Source: Pirellulales bacterium
GTDB lineage: Bacteria > Planctomycetota > Planctomycetia > Pirellulales > JADZDJ01
DNA: 64,000 nt
Assembly (NCBI GenBank): GCA_020851115.1
Contig: JADZDJ010000177.1
Coordinates: 1,214 to 65,213, forward strand
Reading direction: 5' to 3'
Below, piece after piece: positions 18,919 to 29,767 of the stretch (position 1 is the first letter of the stretch; every line of letters begins with the position of its first letter). Position numbers and translations under genes: made by a program. The notes under the pieces were generated by a model. The model saw nothing but the letters and a program-made list of their open reading frames with translations. It was not told where the DNA came from and made no database searches.

Positions 18919-20124
18919 TCACGTGCCTTCGTCATCCCGAGAATGTAATTTTAGCAATGCGGGGTTCTTGGGTCGCGAGATGTGGGAAGAGTTTGACGGC
19001 TGCGTAGAGCCAATCGGCGAATGGGAAGCATGAGCCGCGCCCATCGCGAAGCGGCCGGAATTCTCCGCGCCGTTCCACGACTGGGCTTCCTCGCGAGCAC
19101 GGCTCTCAGGATACATCGCCACAATGTCGGTGATATCCAAGATTCCGACTGGTTTGCCAACGGTATCGACGACGGGCAATTCGCTGAAGCCGCGTTCGGC
19201 CATGATGGCGACCGCGTCGGGCATCATCGAGCCTTGCGGCACGTGGGTCGGGTTTTTCGTCATGACGCCGCGAATCGGGCCGTCGAGCCGTTCGTCGCGT
19301 CGTTGTTCGAACAGCCGCGCCAGGTCGCTGTCGGTGAAGAGACCTCGCAGGCGGCCGTCGCGATCGACGACCATGATCGCACCCGTGCGCCGCGCTGGCA
19401 GTTTTGCTTCGGCCAGCACTTCGCGCAGCGTGTGGTGGCAATCGGCCAGGCGGCATTCGGCGAGAGGTCGCATGTAGTCGTCCACGCGCGCAAGCTGGCG
19501 TCCGAGGCTGCCGCCGGGGTGGAATTTGGCAAAATCTTCGCGGCTGAAATCTCTCATTCGGCTAACGACCAGCGCGAGTGCATCGCCGACGGCGAGCATC
19601 GCGGTCGTGCTGGTGCTGGGGGCCAGCCCCAGCGAGCAGGCTTCTTGCAGCGGGCCGAGGTCGATGACCGCGGTGGCCGCCACGGCGAGCCTGCTTTTCG
19701 GCCGGCCCGTGACCGCCACGAGGGCTGAGCCGATTCGGTTGATCGACGGGAGTAATCGCACGACTTCTTCGGTTTCGCCACTTTGCGAGAGCATTAGCAC
19801 CACGTCGTCGCGATGGATGCGCCCCAGGTCGCCGTGAATGGCTTCCGCCGGATGCAAAAAGTGGCTGCGCGAGCCGGTTGAAGCCATAGTCGCTGCCAGC
19901 TTTTGACCAATTAAGCCTGCTTTGCCGATGCCGCTGACGATGACGCTGCCGGTGCAACGATAAATGAGATCGACCGCGCGGCAGAACGCCTCGTCGAGCC
20001 GAGAGGCGACGGAATCGAGCGCGCGAGCCTCCATCGAAATGATTTGCCGGGCGTAGCTGAGCTGCTCCGAAGGGGAAGCGCTTGAAGCCGGCGTGGGCGA
20101 CGAAATCGAGATTGCAGAACTCAT
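18919..20124 (-). CDS. kdsD: Arabinose-5-phosphate isomerase KpsF/GutQ (SIS + CBS domains)
   Basis: GIGKAGLIG.K.AAT.ASTG, HPAEAIHGDLG, SQSGETEE, LAPSTSTT, FHPGGSLG, CBS pair. Confidence 0.93.
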   Translation of the reverse strand: MSSAISISSPTPASSASPSEQLSYARQIISMEARALDSVASRLDEAFCRAVDLIYRCTGSVIVSGIGKAGLIGQKLAATMASTGSRSHFLHPAEAIHGDLGRIHRDDVVLMLSQSGETEEVVRLLPSINRIGSALVAVTGRPKSRLAVAATAVIDLGPLQEACSLGLAPSTSTTAMLAVGDALALVVSRMRDFSREDFAKFHPGGSLGRQLARVDDYMRPLAECRLADCHHTLREVLAEAKLPARRTGAIMVVDRDGRLRGLFTDSDLARLFEQRRDERLDGPIRGVMTKNPTHVPQGSMMPDAVAIMAERGFSELPVVDTVGKPVGILDITDIVAMYPESRAREEAQSWNGAENSGRFAMGAAHASHSPIGSTQPSNSSHISRPKNPALLKLHSRDDEGT

Positions 20125-20462
20125 ACCATCTTCCTTGATGAAACATGCGAGCGCGCAATCCATGCGCAGGTTGCAGATTCTAACCGCATCGCACGATTGC
20201 CACAACGGAAGACGGCGGTGCTAGCACGGCAATTCCTGAGCCGCCGAGTCGCTCGGTGGAGATAGGCTCGGCTTCGAAAATATGTCAGTGGCGGCAGTGC
20301 AGAGTCGATGAATCTTCAGCCCAAGGGCAGGATTTTCAAGGAGGGAATCCATACCCGGAAAAATGATCATCGACAGACGAAGTCTCCGAATCGTGATGAG
20401 CGGCCGATGTGCGATTCTCGTCAAGCATACGCCGCGAGGCGCCCGACAATGAGAATTGCGGA

Positions 20463-21659
20463 TTACGCCGAGCGAGAGATTAGCGAGATACTCGGCACGA
20501 GCGGCTTTTCGCCACAGGCTCCGGAGCGGCAGCCGGCGGGATGCGCCGTGACTACGGGCAGTGAAGGCAGCACTGGATGCCGATCGAGAATATCCTTGCT
20601 GCCCGCGGCGGAGTTGTCGTCGTGCGAGATGGAATCTTGCGGCTTCTTGGAACCAAAAATCAGCGCTCGTGCTGCGCCCCACATGCCGCGGAGTGAGCCG
20701 AACGTGGCGTTCACGGCCGAGGGTTCGTAGCCGCAGTGAACCATGCAATCTTGGCAGCGGCGATTGCCGCTCGCGCGACCGTAGGAGTTCCAATCGGTCG
20801 TGTCGAGCAGTTCCTGGAACGATTGCACATAGCCATCGTCGAGCAGGTAGCAAGGCTTCTGCCAGCCGAAGATGTTGTAGGTGGGATTGCCCCACGGAGT
20901 GCATTCGAGATCCCAATTGCCTTGTAAAAATTCCAAGAACAACGGCGAATGGTTGAATCGCCAGCCGCGATTGCGTTTGCCGAGCAACTGCCGGAACAAC
21001 CGAATCGTTTTCTGGCGATGCAAGAAATTGTCTTGATCGGGCGCTTTCGCGTAGCTGTAGCCCGGCGAGAGCATCATACCTTCGACGCCAAGCCGCATCA
21101 TCGCATCGAAGAACGCTCGCAACCGCTTTGGATTGGCGTCGTTGTACAGGGTCGTATTCGTCGTCACACGAAACTCGGCGTCAATTGCGGCTTTCGTCGC
21201 GCGGACGGCGACGTCGTAAACACCATCGCGACAGACGGCCAAATCGTGCTCGTCGCGCGGGCCGTCGAGGTGGATCGAGAACGAAAAGTATTTCGACGGC
21301 TTGAATCGCGGCAAAGCTTCTTCGAGCTTGATGGCGTTCGTACACAGATAGACGTACTTCTTCCGCGCGACGAGGCCCGCGACGATTTCGTCGATTTGCG
21401 GATGGAGCAGCGGCTCGCCGCCGGGAATCGAGACCACCGGCGCGCCGCATTCTTCGGCAGCCCGAATGCATTGCTCTGGCGTAAGCTGCTTGCGCAGAAT
21501 TTCGGGCGGATGCTGAATCTTGCCGCAGCCAGCGCAGGCCAAATTGCACCGCATCAGCGGTTCGAGCATCAGCACCAGCGGATACCGCTTCACCCCGCGC
21601 AGCCGTTTGGCCAACACATAGCTGGCGACGGTCCACATTTGTGAGAGCGGAACGGACAT
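20463..21659 (-). CDS. hpnH: Adenosyl-hopene transferase (hopanoid radical SAM enzyme)
   Basis: YPLVLMLEPL.RCNLACAGCGKI, IPGGEPLLH, CTPWGNPT, GWQKPCYLL, CMVHCGYE. Confidence 0.95.
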   Translation of the reverse strand: MSVPLSQMWTVASYVLAKRLRGVKRYPLVLMLEPLMRCNLACAGCGKIQHPPEILRKQLTPEQCIRAAEECGAPVVSIPGGEPLLHPQIDEIVAGLVARKKYVYLCTNAIKLEEALPRFKPSKYFSFSIHLDGPRDEHDLAVCRDGVYDVAVRATKAAIDAEFRVTTNTTLYNDANPKRLRAFFDAMMRLGVEGMMLSPGYSYAKAPDQDNFLHRQKTIRLFRQLLGKRNRGWRFNHSPLFLEFLQGNWDLECTPWGNPTYNIFGWQKPCYLLDDGYVQSFQELLDTTDWNSYGRASGNRRCQDCMVHCGYEPSAVNATFGSLRGMWGAARALIFGSKKPQDSISHDDNSAAGSKDILDRHPVLPSLPVVTAHPAGCRSGACGEKPLVPSISLISRSA

Positions 21660-21690
21660 GAGAGAGGATTCGGGGGTCAGGATTTAGGGT

Positions 21691-23820
21691 TCAGGAATGC
21701 AAATTGCAATTTTCCACTTGCATTTTCCAATCTGCCGCTTTGGTCCAGCGCGAAAGGGCGATCAGTGGAAAGTAGATGCGGTAGTAGTGGTAGCGCAAGT
21801 AAAACACGCGCGGGAAGCCGGTGCCGGTGAATTCGGTTTCGTCCCAGGTGCCGTCGAGATTTTGGCGATTGACCAGATAATCGACGGCGCGGAGAGCGGC
21901 AGGGTGGTTATGCATGCCTGCGGACACCAAGCCGAGTAGCGCCCACGCGGTTTGCGAAGGCGTTTCGCGCCCTTGGCCGCGGAGCGTCGGATCGGCGTAG
22001 CTGTCGGGGGATTCGCCCCAGCCGCCAGATGGTTGCTGGTGGGCGATCAGCCAATTCGCGGCGGCCACAATCATCGGATCGTGCGACGATATGCCGACCG
22101 CCGTCAAGCCGACGATGGCTTGCCACGTGCCGTAGATGTAATTCACGCCCCAGCGGCCAAACCAACTGCCGTCGGGTTCTTGGGTGCGTCGGAGGTAATC
22201 GACGGCGCGATCGATCGCCCCATCGCCAAGCCGCTTGCCCATGTTCGCTAGCGATTCGATCACGCGGGCCGCCAGATCGGGCGAACTGGGGTCGATCATC
22301 GCGTTGTGATCGGCGAATGGCACATGGCAGAGAAACTCGGCGGTGTTGTCGCAGTCGAAAGCGCCCCAACCGCCGTCTTTATTTTGCATCGCGAGCAACC
22401 ACTGCAAGCCGCGTTGCGTGGCCCCGTTGATGTCGTCGAGCATCATCGCTTTGCGCCTGGCATCGGGCAGAGTTGCGGCCGTCGTTTCGGCAACCAATCG
22501 CAGCGGCGGCGGCAGTGAAGGCGAGCGCGCGTGTGGCTCGGCGAACGATTCACGCAGTGCGAGCATGACCATTGCCGTATCGTCGCAATCGGGGTAGTAC
22601 GGATTCCCAAATTCAAAGCACCAGCCGCCGGCTTGGGCTTTCACCGTCGTGGCCCAATCGCCGCGAGTGCGAATTTCCTGGGCGAGCAGCCATTGCACGC
22701 CCCGTTCGGCCGCCGGATGATCGGCGTCGACGCCGCTGTCGGCCAGCGCACGCAGGGTGATGGCAGTATCCCAGACGGGCGACTTGCACGGCTGCAACCG
22801 GGCGGAATGCTCGGCTTCAATCACGAGGCCCCACAGGCGCTCGCGGCAGTATTTCATTTCAGGCGATTCATCGCCGTGGCCAAGACAGCGCAGCGCAACA
22901 ATACTCCAAATCATTGGCGGAAAGATCGCTCCCAGGCCGTCGCTGCCGACAAAGCGATCGACCATCCACCGCTTGGCGACGTTGACCGCCTTCTTTCGCA
23001 GCGGCATCAGCCGATGCTGTTGCAAGAACTTGAAGGTTCGGTCGGTCCAGTGGAAAAAATGTTCCCAGCTAATCAGCCGCTTGCTGTGTTTGAGGCCGGG
23101 GCAGCGCGGATACGGCCACTGGAGCGGATCACTGAGGAACAGTTCGCGAATGCCGCGATCCGGTTCGATCTTGCGCACCGGCTGAAACGCCGACATGATC
23201 GACAGTGGCACGAGAATCGTCCGCGACCAGGCGCTAATCGAATAGAGGTTTACGGGGAACCACTTCGGCAGCAGCAAGAACTCTGGCGGCACGTTCGGGC
23301 AGGCATCGTAGGGGATTTGGCCCAGGAATGCCAAGTAAAATCGAGTAAAGCTATTAACCGCGTCGGCGCCGCCGTTGGCTAAAATTGCCGCGCGGGCGCG
23401 CTGCATGTATTCGGCCGATGGATCGTGGCCAGTGAGCTTGAGCGAGAAATAGGCCTTCACGCTCGCGCTGATGTCGATTTCCCCGCCAGGGTATTGAGTC
23501 CAATAGCCTTCGGAAGTCTGCTTTTCGAGCAAATACTGTACGCACTTCTTCGCCAACGGCGTACGCTCTTCACCCAGAAACGCCAACAACAACAAGAACT
23601 CACTTTCGAGGATGGTGTCGCCTTCCAGTTCCGCAACCCAGTAGCCCTCAGGGTGCTGCTGCGAGATCAGCCATTGCTGGGTGCGAAAAATCGCTTGTCG
23701 CAGCGAGCCGCCAAAATTTTCGGGGGTCGCTTGCGGGTGCGGAAGATGGAGAGCGGAAACAGGCAAATCGCCTGGAAGACTCGTGCTGGAGGTGCTCGCG
23801 GCGAGTGATTCTTGCAACAT
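21691..23820 (-). CDS. shc: Squalene-hopene cyclase
   Basis: QW repeats, SPVWDTA, catalytic YPDCDDTA, GSWFGRWGVNYIYGT, FTGTGFPRVFYLRYH. Confidence 0.96.
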   Translation of the reverse strand: MLQESLAASTSSTSLPGDLPVSALHLPHPQATPENFGGSLRQAIFRTQQWLISQQHPEGYWVAELEGDTILESEFLLLLAFLGEERTPLAKKCVQYLLEKQTSEGYWTQYPGGEIDISASVKAYFSLKLTGHDPSAEYMQRARAAILANGGADAVNSFTRFYLAFLGQIPYDACPNVPPEFLLLPKWFPVNLYSISAWSRTILVPLSIMSAFQPVRKIEPDRGIRELFLSDPLQWPYPRCPGLKHSKRLISWEHFFHWTDRTFKFLQQHRLMPLRKKAVNVAKRWMVDRFVGSDGLGAIFPPMIWSIVALRCLGHGDESPEMKYCRERLWGLVIEAEHSARLQPCKSPVWDTAITLRALADSGVDADHPAAERGVQWLLAQEIRTRGDWATTVKAQAGGWCFEFGNPYYPDCDDTAMVMLALRESFAEPHARSPSLPPPLRLVAETTAATLPDARRKAMMLDDINGATQRGLQWLLAMQNKDGGWGAFDCDNTAEFLCHVPFADHNAMIDPSSPDLAARVIESLANMGKRLGDGAIDRAVDYLRRTQEPDGSWFGRWGVNYIYGTWQAIVGLTAVGISSHDPMIVAAANWLIAHQQPSGGWGESPDSYADPTLRGQGRETPSQTAWALLGLVSAGMHNHPAALRAVDYLVNRQNLDGTWDETEFTGTGFPRVFYLRYHYYRIYFPLIALSRWTKAADWKMQVENCNLHS

Positions 23821-24279
23821 ACGGTGTCTTCCCTGACACGCGGTGGGTGAGTGCGGGCAAGTAAATGTGCGCTTCACGCTGGGCCGTAAAGGCAAAAGCG
23901 GGAAAGCTGGACTGCAGAGGAGTGCGCTTTCCAACGCCTTGGAGACGAGAAGCTTAAGTCAATGCGCGCGGCCAGACAATACCAGTGAAACGGCGCAACT
24001 TAGGAAATCGTCATCAAATGCTAGCAACGGGCGTAAGCTGGCGAAGCCGCGTAAAGTTTAACGCGCGGCCTCGCATAATTTTTGCACGCAGTCGAGTCGC
24101 GATAGGTTATCCATTACGAGAATTCAAACCCAAGCAAGCCGCATGTAGTAACTACGATCAACCCATATTCGCTGCGCAACGAAGCCAAGTGGATCGGAAG
24201 ACCAAAAAGATTTTTTCATCGACCGACGAAAATTCCAACGCTCACCCGAGCATCCGGCAGCCTCGATCGGACACGCGTA

Positions 24280-24759
24280 TTAACTCAGTGCCGTTTCGAT
24301 GTCGCACTCAATCGCTTTGGGAGAGGTCGTTGGGGCATAGCGATGAACGACCTTGCCTTGGCGATCGACGAGGAACTTGGTGAAGTTCCATTTGATGGCT
24401 TCGGTGCCGAGAATGCCGGCCTGCCGCGATTTCAGGAACACGTAGAGCGGATGCGCGCCGTCGCCGTTGACCTCGATCTTGGCAAACATCGGAAAGGTCA
24501 CGTCGTAGGTCGTCGAGCAAAACTCGCGAATCGCTGCTTCGTCCCCCGGCTCTTGATGGCCAAACTGGTCGCAGGGAAAGCCAAGCACGCAAAAACCCCG
24601 ATTTTGGTACTTGCGATAGAGTGCCTCCAGCCCCGCATACTGCGACGTAAACCCGCATTGGCTGGCGACGTTCACGATCAGCAGCACTTGGCCGCGGAAA
24701 TCGGCCAGCGATTGTTGGCGACGGTCAATCGTGGCAACGGCGATGTCGTAGAGCGGCAT
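24280..24759 (-). CDS. Glutathione peroxidase (Cys-type)
   Basis: LIVNVASQCGFT, GFPCDQFG.QEPG, IKWNFTKFLVDR. Confidence 0.95.
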   Translation of the reverse strand: MPLYDIAVATIDRRQQSLADFRGQVLLIVNVASQCGFTSQYAGLEALYRKYQNRGFCVLGFPCDQFGHQEPGDEAAIREFCSTTYDVTFPMFAKIEVNGDGAHPLYVFLKSRQAGILGTEAIKWNFTKFLVDRQGKVVHRYAPTTSPKAIECDIETALS

Positions 24760-24908
24760 GGAGCAAGTTTACCCTGATGGAAGATTCTCGACAAAGCCCT
24801 GGTCAAGTCTCGAACGCTGGTGGAAACCTGCCGCAAGAATCGTTATCTTGACACTGATTTTCGAGGTCGATTCGCCAGCCATCATTACCCCGCCATTGTG
24901 AGAGATTC

Positions 24909-26174
24909 ATGCAACTACGACGAACGTTCGCTCTAGCTCTGATTTCTGTCGTGCTGGTCGTCGCTCTGGGCATCGCGATCGCGCAAACGGTCGATCTTCG
25001 TTCCGCCGCCGCGGAGGATCTGCCGAAGACGTCGCCTGTCTCGATCAGCAGCGACCCAGCGCCGGTGAAGATCGAACGGGCATTTCCCAACCTGACGTTC
25101 GAGCGGCCGATTTTTCTGACCTATCCGCCCGACGGCACCAATCGCATTGCCGTCGTATCGCAATACGGCAAGCTGTTTCTGTTTGCCAACGATCAACGCG
25201 TCGAGCAGCCGGCGCTGTTGCTCGATATCGTCGAGCGTGTCGAATACAAGGACCGAGAGAACGAAGAGGGGCTGCTCGGTTTGGCGTTTCACCCCAGGTT
25301 CAAACAAAACGGCGAGTTGTTCGTTTATTACACTGCCAAGGGGGGCCTGAAGTCGGTCATCTCGCGATTTCGTCTGTCGAAAGACAATCCACAAATCGTC
25401 GATCCGCAGTCGGAAGAGATCCTGCTGGAAATCAAGCAGCCGTTTTGGAATCACAACGGCGGCACGATCGTCTTCGGACCCGACGGCTATCTTTACATTG
25501 GCCTGGGAGACGGCGGCGCGGCCAACGATCCGCACGGCAACGCGCAGAATATCGGCACGCTGCTTGGAAAAATCTTGCGCATCGACGTCGATCACCACGA
25601 CCTCGGCCAAAAGTACGCCAGTCCGAAGGATAACCCGTTCGTTGATGTGCCCGACGCGCGCCCGGAAATTTGGGCGCTGGGCATCCGCAACGTCTGGCGA
25701 ATCGCCTTCGATCGCGTCACCGGCAAACTATGGGCCGGCGAAGTCGGTCAGAACACTTGGGAAGAAATCGACATCATCGAGCGCGGCGGCAACTACGGCT
25801 GGAACCTCCGCGAAAGTTTCCACAAATTCACCGAGTTCAATCTGCCGCCCAAGCCAGGTCCGGTCCCCGCGAAGATCGTCGGCAAACCGATCGATCCAAT
25901 CTTCGAATATCACCATGACCTGGGCAAATCGATCACCGGCGGCAACATTTATCGCGGGAAACATGTGCCGGCACTGGTGGGCAAGTATCTATTTGCCGAC
26001 TACGTTTCCGGCGAAGTTTACGTGCTGACCTACGACGAAACGATCGGCAAAGCGACGGCCGTCCACAGGATCGACCCCAAGCAAATGCCGGTGTTCTCGT
26101 TCGGCGAAGATGAAACGGGCGAGACCTACTTTTTGACCACGCAGGGGACGATTCACTGGTTTCGACCCGAGTAG
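24909..26174 (+). CDS. PQQ-dependent sugar dehydrogenase (GSDH beta-propeller), secreted
   Basis: Signal peptide; EEGLLGLAFHP, NHNGG..FGPDGYLY.G.GDGG, GKILRIDVD, EIWA.GIRN.WR, GGNYGW. Confidence 0.9.
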   Translation: MQLRRTFALALISVVLVVALGIAIAQTVDLRSAAAEDLPKTSPVSISSDPAPVKIERAFPNLTFERPIFLTYPPDGTNRIAVVSQYGKLFLFANDQRVEQPALLLDIVERVEYKDRENEEGLLGLAFHPRFKQNGELFVYYTAKGGLKSVISRFRLSKDNPQIVDPQSEEILLEIKQPFWNHNGGTIVFGPDGYLYIGLGDGGAANDPHGNAQNIGTLLGKILRIDVDHHDLGQKYASPKDNPFVDVPDARPEIWALGIRNVWRIAFDRVTGKLWAGEVGQNTWEEIDIIERGGNYGWNLRESFHKFTEFNLPPKPGPVPAKIVGKPIDPIFEYHHDLGKSITGGNIYRGKHVPALVGKYLFADYVSGEVYVLTYDETIGKATAVHRIDPKQMPVFSFGEDETGETYFLTTQGTIHWFRPE

Positions 26175-26227
26175 TTGCCCCGCGTGAGACAAAGGCCGCG
26201 ATGGTCCGCAACGAATCCACGATTCGA

Positions 26228-29158
26228 TCAGAACGGTCGTGGAGCAATTCCGGGAGCCAATGCCGGCTCGATTGGCGACCGTTCCACCGGCCGGCCGTTG
26301 CCGTGTCGGATCAGGCGGATCGACACGTTGTCGATTGCGGCTTCGCCGATGCCGGTCAAGGCAAAGGTGACGGCGAGCGGGCCGTGCTGTGTGGCGGCTC
26401 GATAAAGGACAAATTCTCGCCACTCCTTGGTGTCGTCGATGCGTTCCGCCAGGGCATCGCCGCCCAGCGAGTCGATAATCATCAGCCCGTCGACGCTGCC
26501 GCTGATTTTCGTTGGCACCCGCGCTTGGCCGCGGATGCACACGACGTCTCCCGCTTCTAGTTGCACCGGCGCACTCGTCACCCACAGCGGCGGCGATTCG
26601 ACCAGCGCCGGTGGAGCGTCGGCCTTTTCAGGCAGCGCTTGCAGGCGCAAGCAGAAGCGACCCGACGACGGCGCTAGCGGCGAAAGCTCGACCGAGGTTG
26701 TCAGTTGCGGCTGGGGATGTTCGAAATTCCGCCAGCCGGCCGTAAGCATGACTTGTAGATCTTCGAACTCGCCACCCACGAGCAAATTTTCTCCGCCGAC
26801 AGCGCTGGCGAGCAACGCCGCGAAGTTTAGTTGATCGGGAAGCGTCGCAAAGCATGTCGCCAGCGGGCTGGCGATCGGCGAACTAAGCTCCGAAGTCGCT
26901 CGGTTCCAAACTTCTCGCCGCCAGCGCGCCGGAGCGACCGCCGCATTGCGGGCCGCGAAATATGCGTTTTCCCAATTCTTGGCGGCTCGCCATTGGTCCG
27001 ACGCTGCAAGAGCCGTGCGGGCCGCGTTGAAGGTTACGGCCGCCGGGGGCAATTGAGAGTTTGCCGCCATCCGGGATTGAACTTGTTCCGTATCGGCGAG
27101 CATCGCCATGGCCAATTCACGTTGCAGCACTACCGCCCGTGGAGTGAGAGCCTTCACGCGCTCCGTCATCGACTTCACGGCGATTGGATCGGAGGTAATC
27201 ATGGCCAGCGCCGTGAGTGGAAAATCTTCGATCAACACCGATGTGCCACCGACGATCCGTTCGCGCCGAATTTCCCGCACACCGGCGAGCGTCACTTCGT
27301 ACACGGCATGCGATTCTGGCACGCCCGCCACCGTGAACGATGCGCCAGCCGCCTGCATCGGTGCCGGCTGAGGAACATACTGCGAGCCTTTTGGGCAGCG
27401 CATCGCGACGACCATTTTGGTTCCATCGGCTCCGATCATCACGCCGCGCAAGTTCGGATCGCGCGAGGAAATGGGTGTCGGCGTACTGCCGGCGGCACCC
27501 CACGGTTCGAGTAGCTCCAGCTCCAAGTTGAGCAGCGCCAGCGAAAATCCACGAATTCGCGTCGCGTTATCGGCGGCGTCTAGTCGCGACGATGAGGCAA
27601 ATTCCACTGCCCGCACGCCGGCCGAAAAAACTTGATAGGTAAGCAGGCGCAGCGCATCGGCATCGATCGTCGGGTGGGGCGTGCCGGGTCCGCCGAGCGA
27701 CTTTACTTGCGCGACAATGGTCGGCGATGGCTCGGTTTGAATGACGGTCCACAGCGGTTTGCCGGGCCTGGCCAAACGCGGGCGCTCTTTCAACCACGAA
27801 CCGTAGTCGAACAACTCCAAATCGCTCCCCAGCGGAAAACGATGAACCGACAAGATCGGCACGTGCGACGTGTAGTTGAACAGCTCTTCCTCGGCATCGC
27901 AAACGATCGGCCGATTCATGGACCGGTCGGCCGTGGCAAGTTGCTTCGCCATTGCGGCGACTCGGGGCACATCCTGCGCAGCCAAACCCGAGCCCAAATG
28001 CCACGCCAAGACGCGATCGTACTGCGGCCCGATCTCCTGGGCGTCGCGGGCAATCGCAGCCTGCCCGTACGAGGCGTTCTGCCCGTGCGAATTGACAAGT
28101 GGATTTTGACTTGCCGCTCGAGGCGCCCTGCGCACCGGCAGCCCCGACATGCCTGGACCACCCGATGGTTCATCCGTATTTTGCCAAATGTCTTGAGGCG
28201 GGGGCGCGATCAGCCACATTCCCGTTTGGCGGGCTTCATCGAGCAACTCTGGCGTTGGCGGAGAAGGGATTCGAACCGCATTGAACCCCAATTCCTTCAA
28301 CCAAGTAAGCGGCTCGCCTTGCGATTGGATGATTCGCGGAAAAAATGGTCGCCCGTCAACGTAGAGAACCGTGCCGCGTAGCGCAATTTGCCCCACGGCG
28401 TTCGTGTCGCCGGTCGGAGACTTGGTCGTGATGTTGGCCGCTTCGGTTGGGCCGGACGATTGTGCCGATGGCATTCGTGGCACCAGCCCCGCCACTTCCA
28501 AATCGTCGATCAGCGTGGACGTCACGTCGCGACCGCCGTAGGCATTGAGCCACACCTGGTCGATGTATGCCTCGCGTACATCGACCTGCGAACCGTGCTC
28601 CGCTCGCAGCACGACTAATTTGCGATTTAGTTGCAATGGTAAATCGGTGATCCGCAGTTGCTGCCAACGGCCAGTCTGCGAATAGGTACTCTCGCGCTCC
28701 GTGCCGTGAACAATGGCCGTCAATGGTTGACCCGTGCGAGTGTCGATGGTATGCGGCAAAACAAGACGAGCGGCAAGGCGTATCCCCGGCCGGTCGGCAT
28801 TCACCCAAATACTTGGCACCAGTTCGGCAATGATTCGCGCCGGCGGAATGTCGTGAGAGAAATAGACATAGGTGCCGTCGGCGGCTTCAATCTTTATGTA
28901 TTCGGCCACCTTTCCGCCGTGCGGCGATCCGGTCACCCGTCGGTGATCGACCACGCGGTGGGCAACATCGGCTTTTGCCTCGGCCCAACTAATGTTTGGC
29001 GACTCAAATCCCTCTTGCCAGGCGGCAAGTGCATTCGTCGATCGATAAAATATGCAGATCGCGCAGACGAATAGAGTCACAGCGACCTGAACTGTGCGAC
29101 AGCCAAGAAATTGGCCGGGGCCAAATCGGTGCCGGAGAATATCGAGTTGGCGCTCCAT
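26228..29158 (-). CDS. Large hypothetical exported protein (GH/CBM-like segments)
   Basis: Long ORF (1039 aa maximum); LYVDGRPFFP, LKELGFNAVRI, VLAWHLG, KPLWTVIQ; C-terminal NLLVGGEFE CBM-like segment. Start uncertain. Confidence 0.6.
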   Translation of the reverse strand: MERQLDILRHRFGPGQFLGCRTVQVAVTLFVCAICIFYRSTNALAAWQEGFESPNISWAEAKADVAHRVVDHRRVTGSPHGGKVAEYIKIEAADGTYVYFSHDIPPARIIAELVPSIWVNADRPGIRLAARLVLPHTIDTRTGQPLTAIVHGTERESTYSQTGRWQQLRITDLPLQLNRKLVVLRAEHGSQVDVREAYIDQVWLNAYGGRDVTSTLIDDLEVAGLVPRMPSAQSSGPTEAANITTKSPTGDTNAVGQIALRGTVLYVDGRPFFPRIIQSQGEPLTWLKELGFNAVRIPSPPTPELLDEARQTGMWLIAPPPQDIWQNTDEPSGGPGMSGLPVRRAPRAASQNPLVNSHGQNASYGQAAIARDAQEIGPQYDRVLAWHLGSGLAAQDVPRVAAMAKQLATADRSMNRPIVCDAEEELFNYTSHVPILSVHRFPLGSDLELFDYGSWLKERPRLARPGKPLWTVIQTEPSPTIVAQVKSLGGPGTPHPTIDADALRLLTYQVFSAGVRAVEFASSSRLDAADNATRIRGFSLALLNLELELLEPWGAAGSTPTPISSRDPNLRGVMIGADGTKMVVAMRCPKGSQYVPQPAPMQAAGASFTVAGVPESHAVYEVTLAGVREIRRERIVGGTSVLIEDFPLTALAMITSDPIAVKSMTERVKALTPRAVVLQRELAMAMLADTEQVQSRMAANSQLPPAAVTFNAARTALAASDQWRAAKNWENAYFAARNAAVAPARWRREVWNRATSELSSPIASPLATCFATLPDQLNFAALLASAVGGENLLVGGEFEDLQVMLTAGWRNFEHPQPQLTTSVELSPLAPSSGRFCLRLQALPEKADAPPALVESPPLWVTSAPVQLEAGDVVCIRGQARVPTKISGSVDGLMIIDSLGGDALAERIDDTKEWREFVLYRAATQHGPLAVTFALTGIGEAAIDNVSIRLIRHGNGRPVERSPIEPALAPGIAPRPF

Positions 29159-29485
29159 CGCGCAACTTCCAATGGGAAGTTTTCCTGAGGCTGTGTAGAC
29201 GAACTTTTCGCGTAAGGCCATGAAGCAATTCTGCATCGTACAGTCGCATCGGCCGGAATTGATGCAACTTGGCCTTGTATCAAGATTTACAACTCGACGC
29301 CAGATCGGCCGTTGCATCGTGGCAGCATTGAACCAAATTTGCGTCAAAGCATGGAAAATTGCGTAACTTTTGATTATTTATAAACTTAGAGCAATCGATT
29401 GCAGTCCGCGGAACGATCGGCACAGCCCCTGCTCTAAGAACCACTGCTTATCTGCAATTCCTCACTTCTAAGGCTTGAACCATCG

Positions 29486-29767
29486 ATGAATCCCACCAGC
29501 CGCTTCGACCAACTTCCGGCCGATGAACTTCCGGCCGATGTCATCGCCCTTTGCAAAGGCATCGACTTACTACCATCGCAGCATCGCGGCCAGCTTGGCC
29601 CGGCCATTGAACGAGTGATTGAAAGCACCAAACGTCGCCGTCGCATTCTAAACCTGGTGCAAGACGCGCTCAGCCAATTGCGACTGGACATGAAATACCT
29701 GATGTTCGACTTAGAGGCCACCCGCCGAGAACGCGATGAATTTCGCAAGCAATTGGACGGAATTTGA
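29486..29767 (+). CDS. Small conserved planctomycete coiled-coil protein
   Basis: RRRRILNLVQDALSQLRLDMKYLMFDLEATRRERD. Confidence 0.75.
   Translation: MNPTSRFDQLPADELPADVIALCKGIDLLPSQHRGQLGPAIERVIESTKRRRRILNLVQDALSQLRLDMKYLMFDLEATRRERDEFRKQLDGI

Noticed and set aside
24280..24759. Selenocysteine glutathione peroxidase
   Set aside because: The active-site codon is TGC (Cys) and there is no in-frame TGA.
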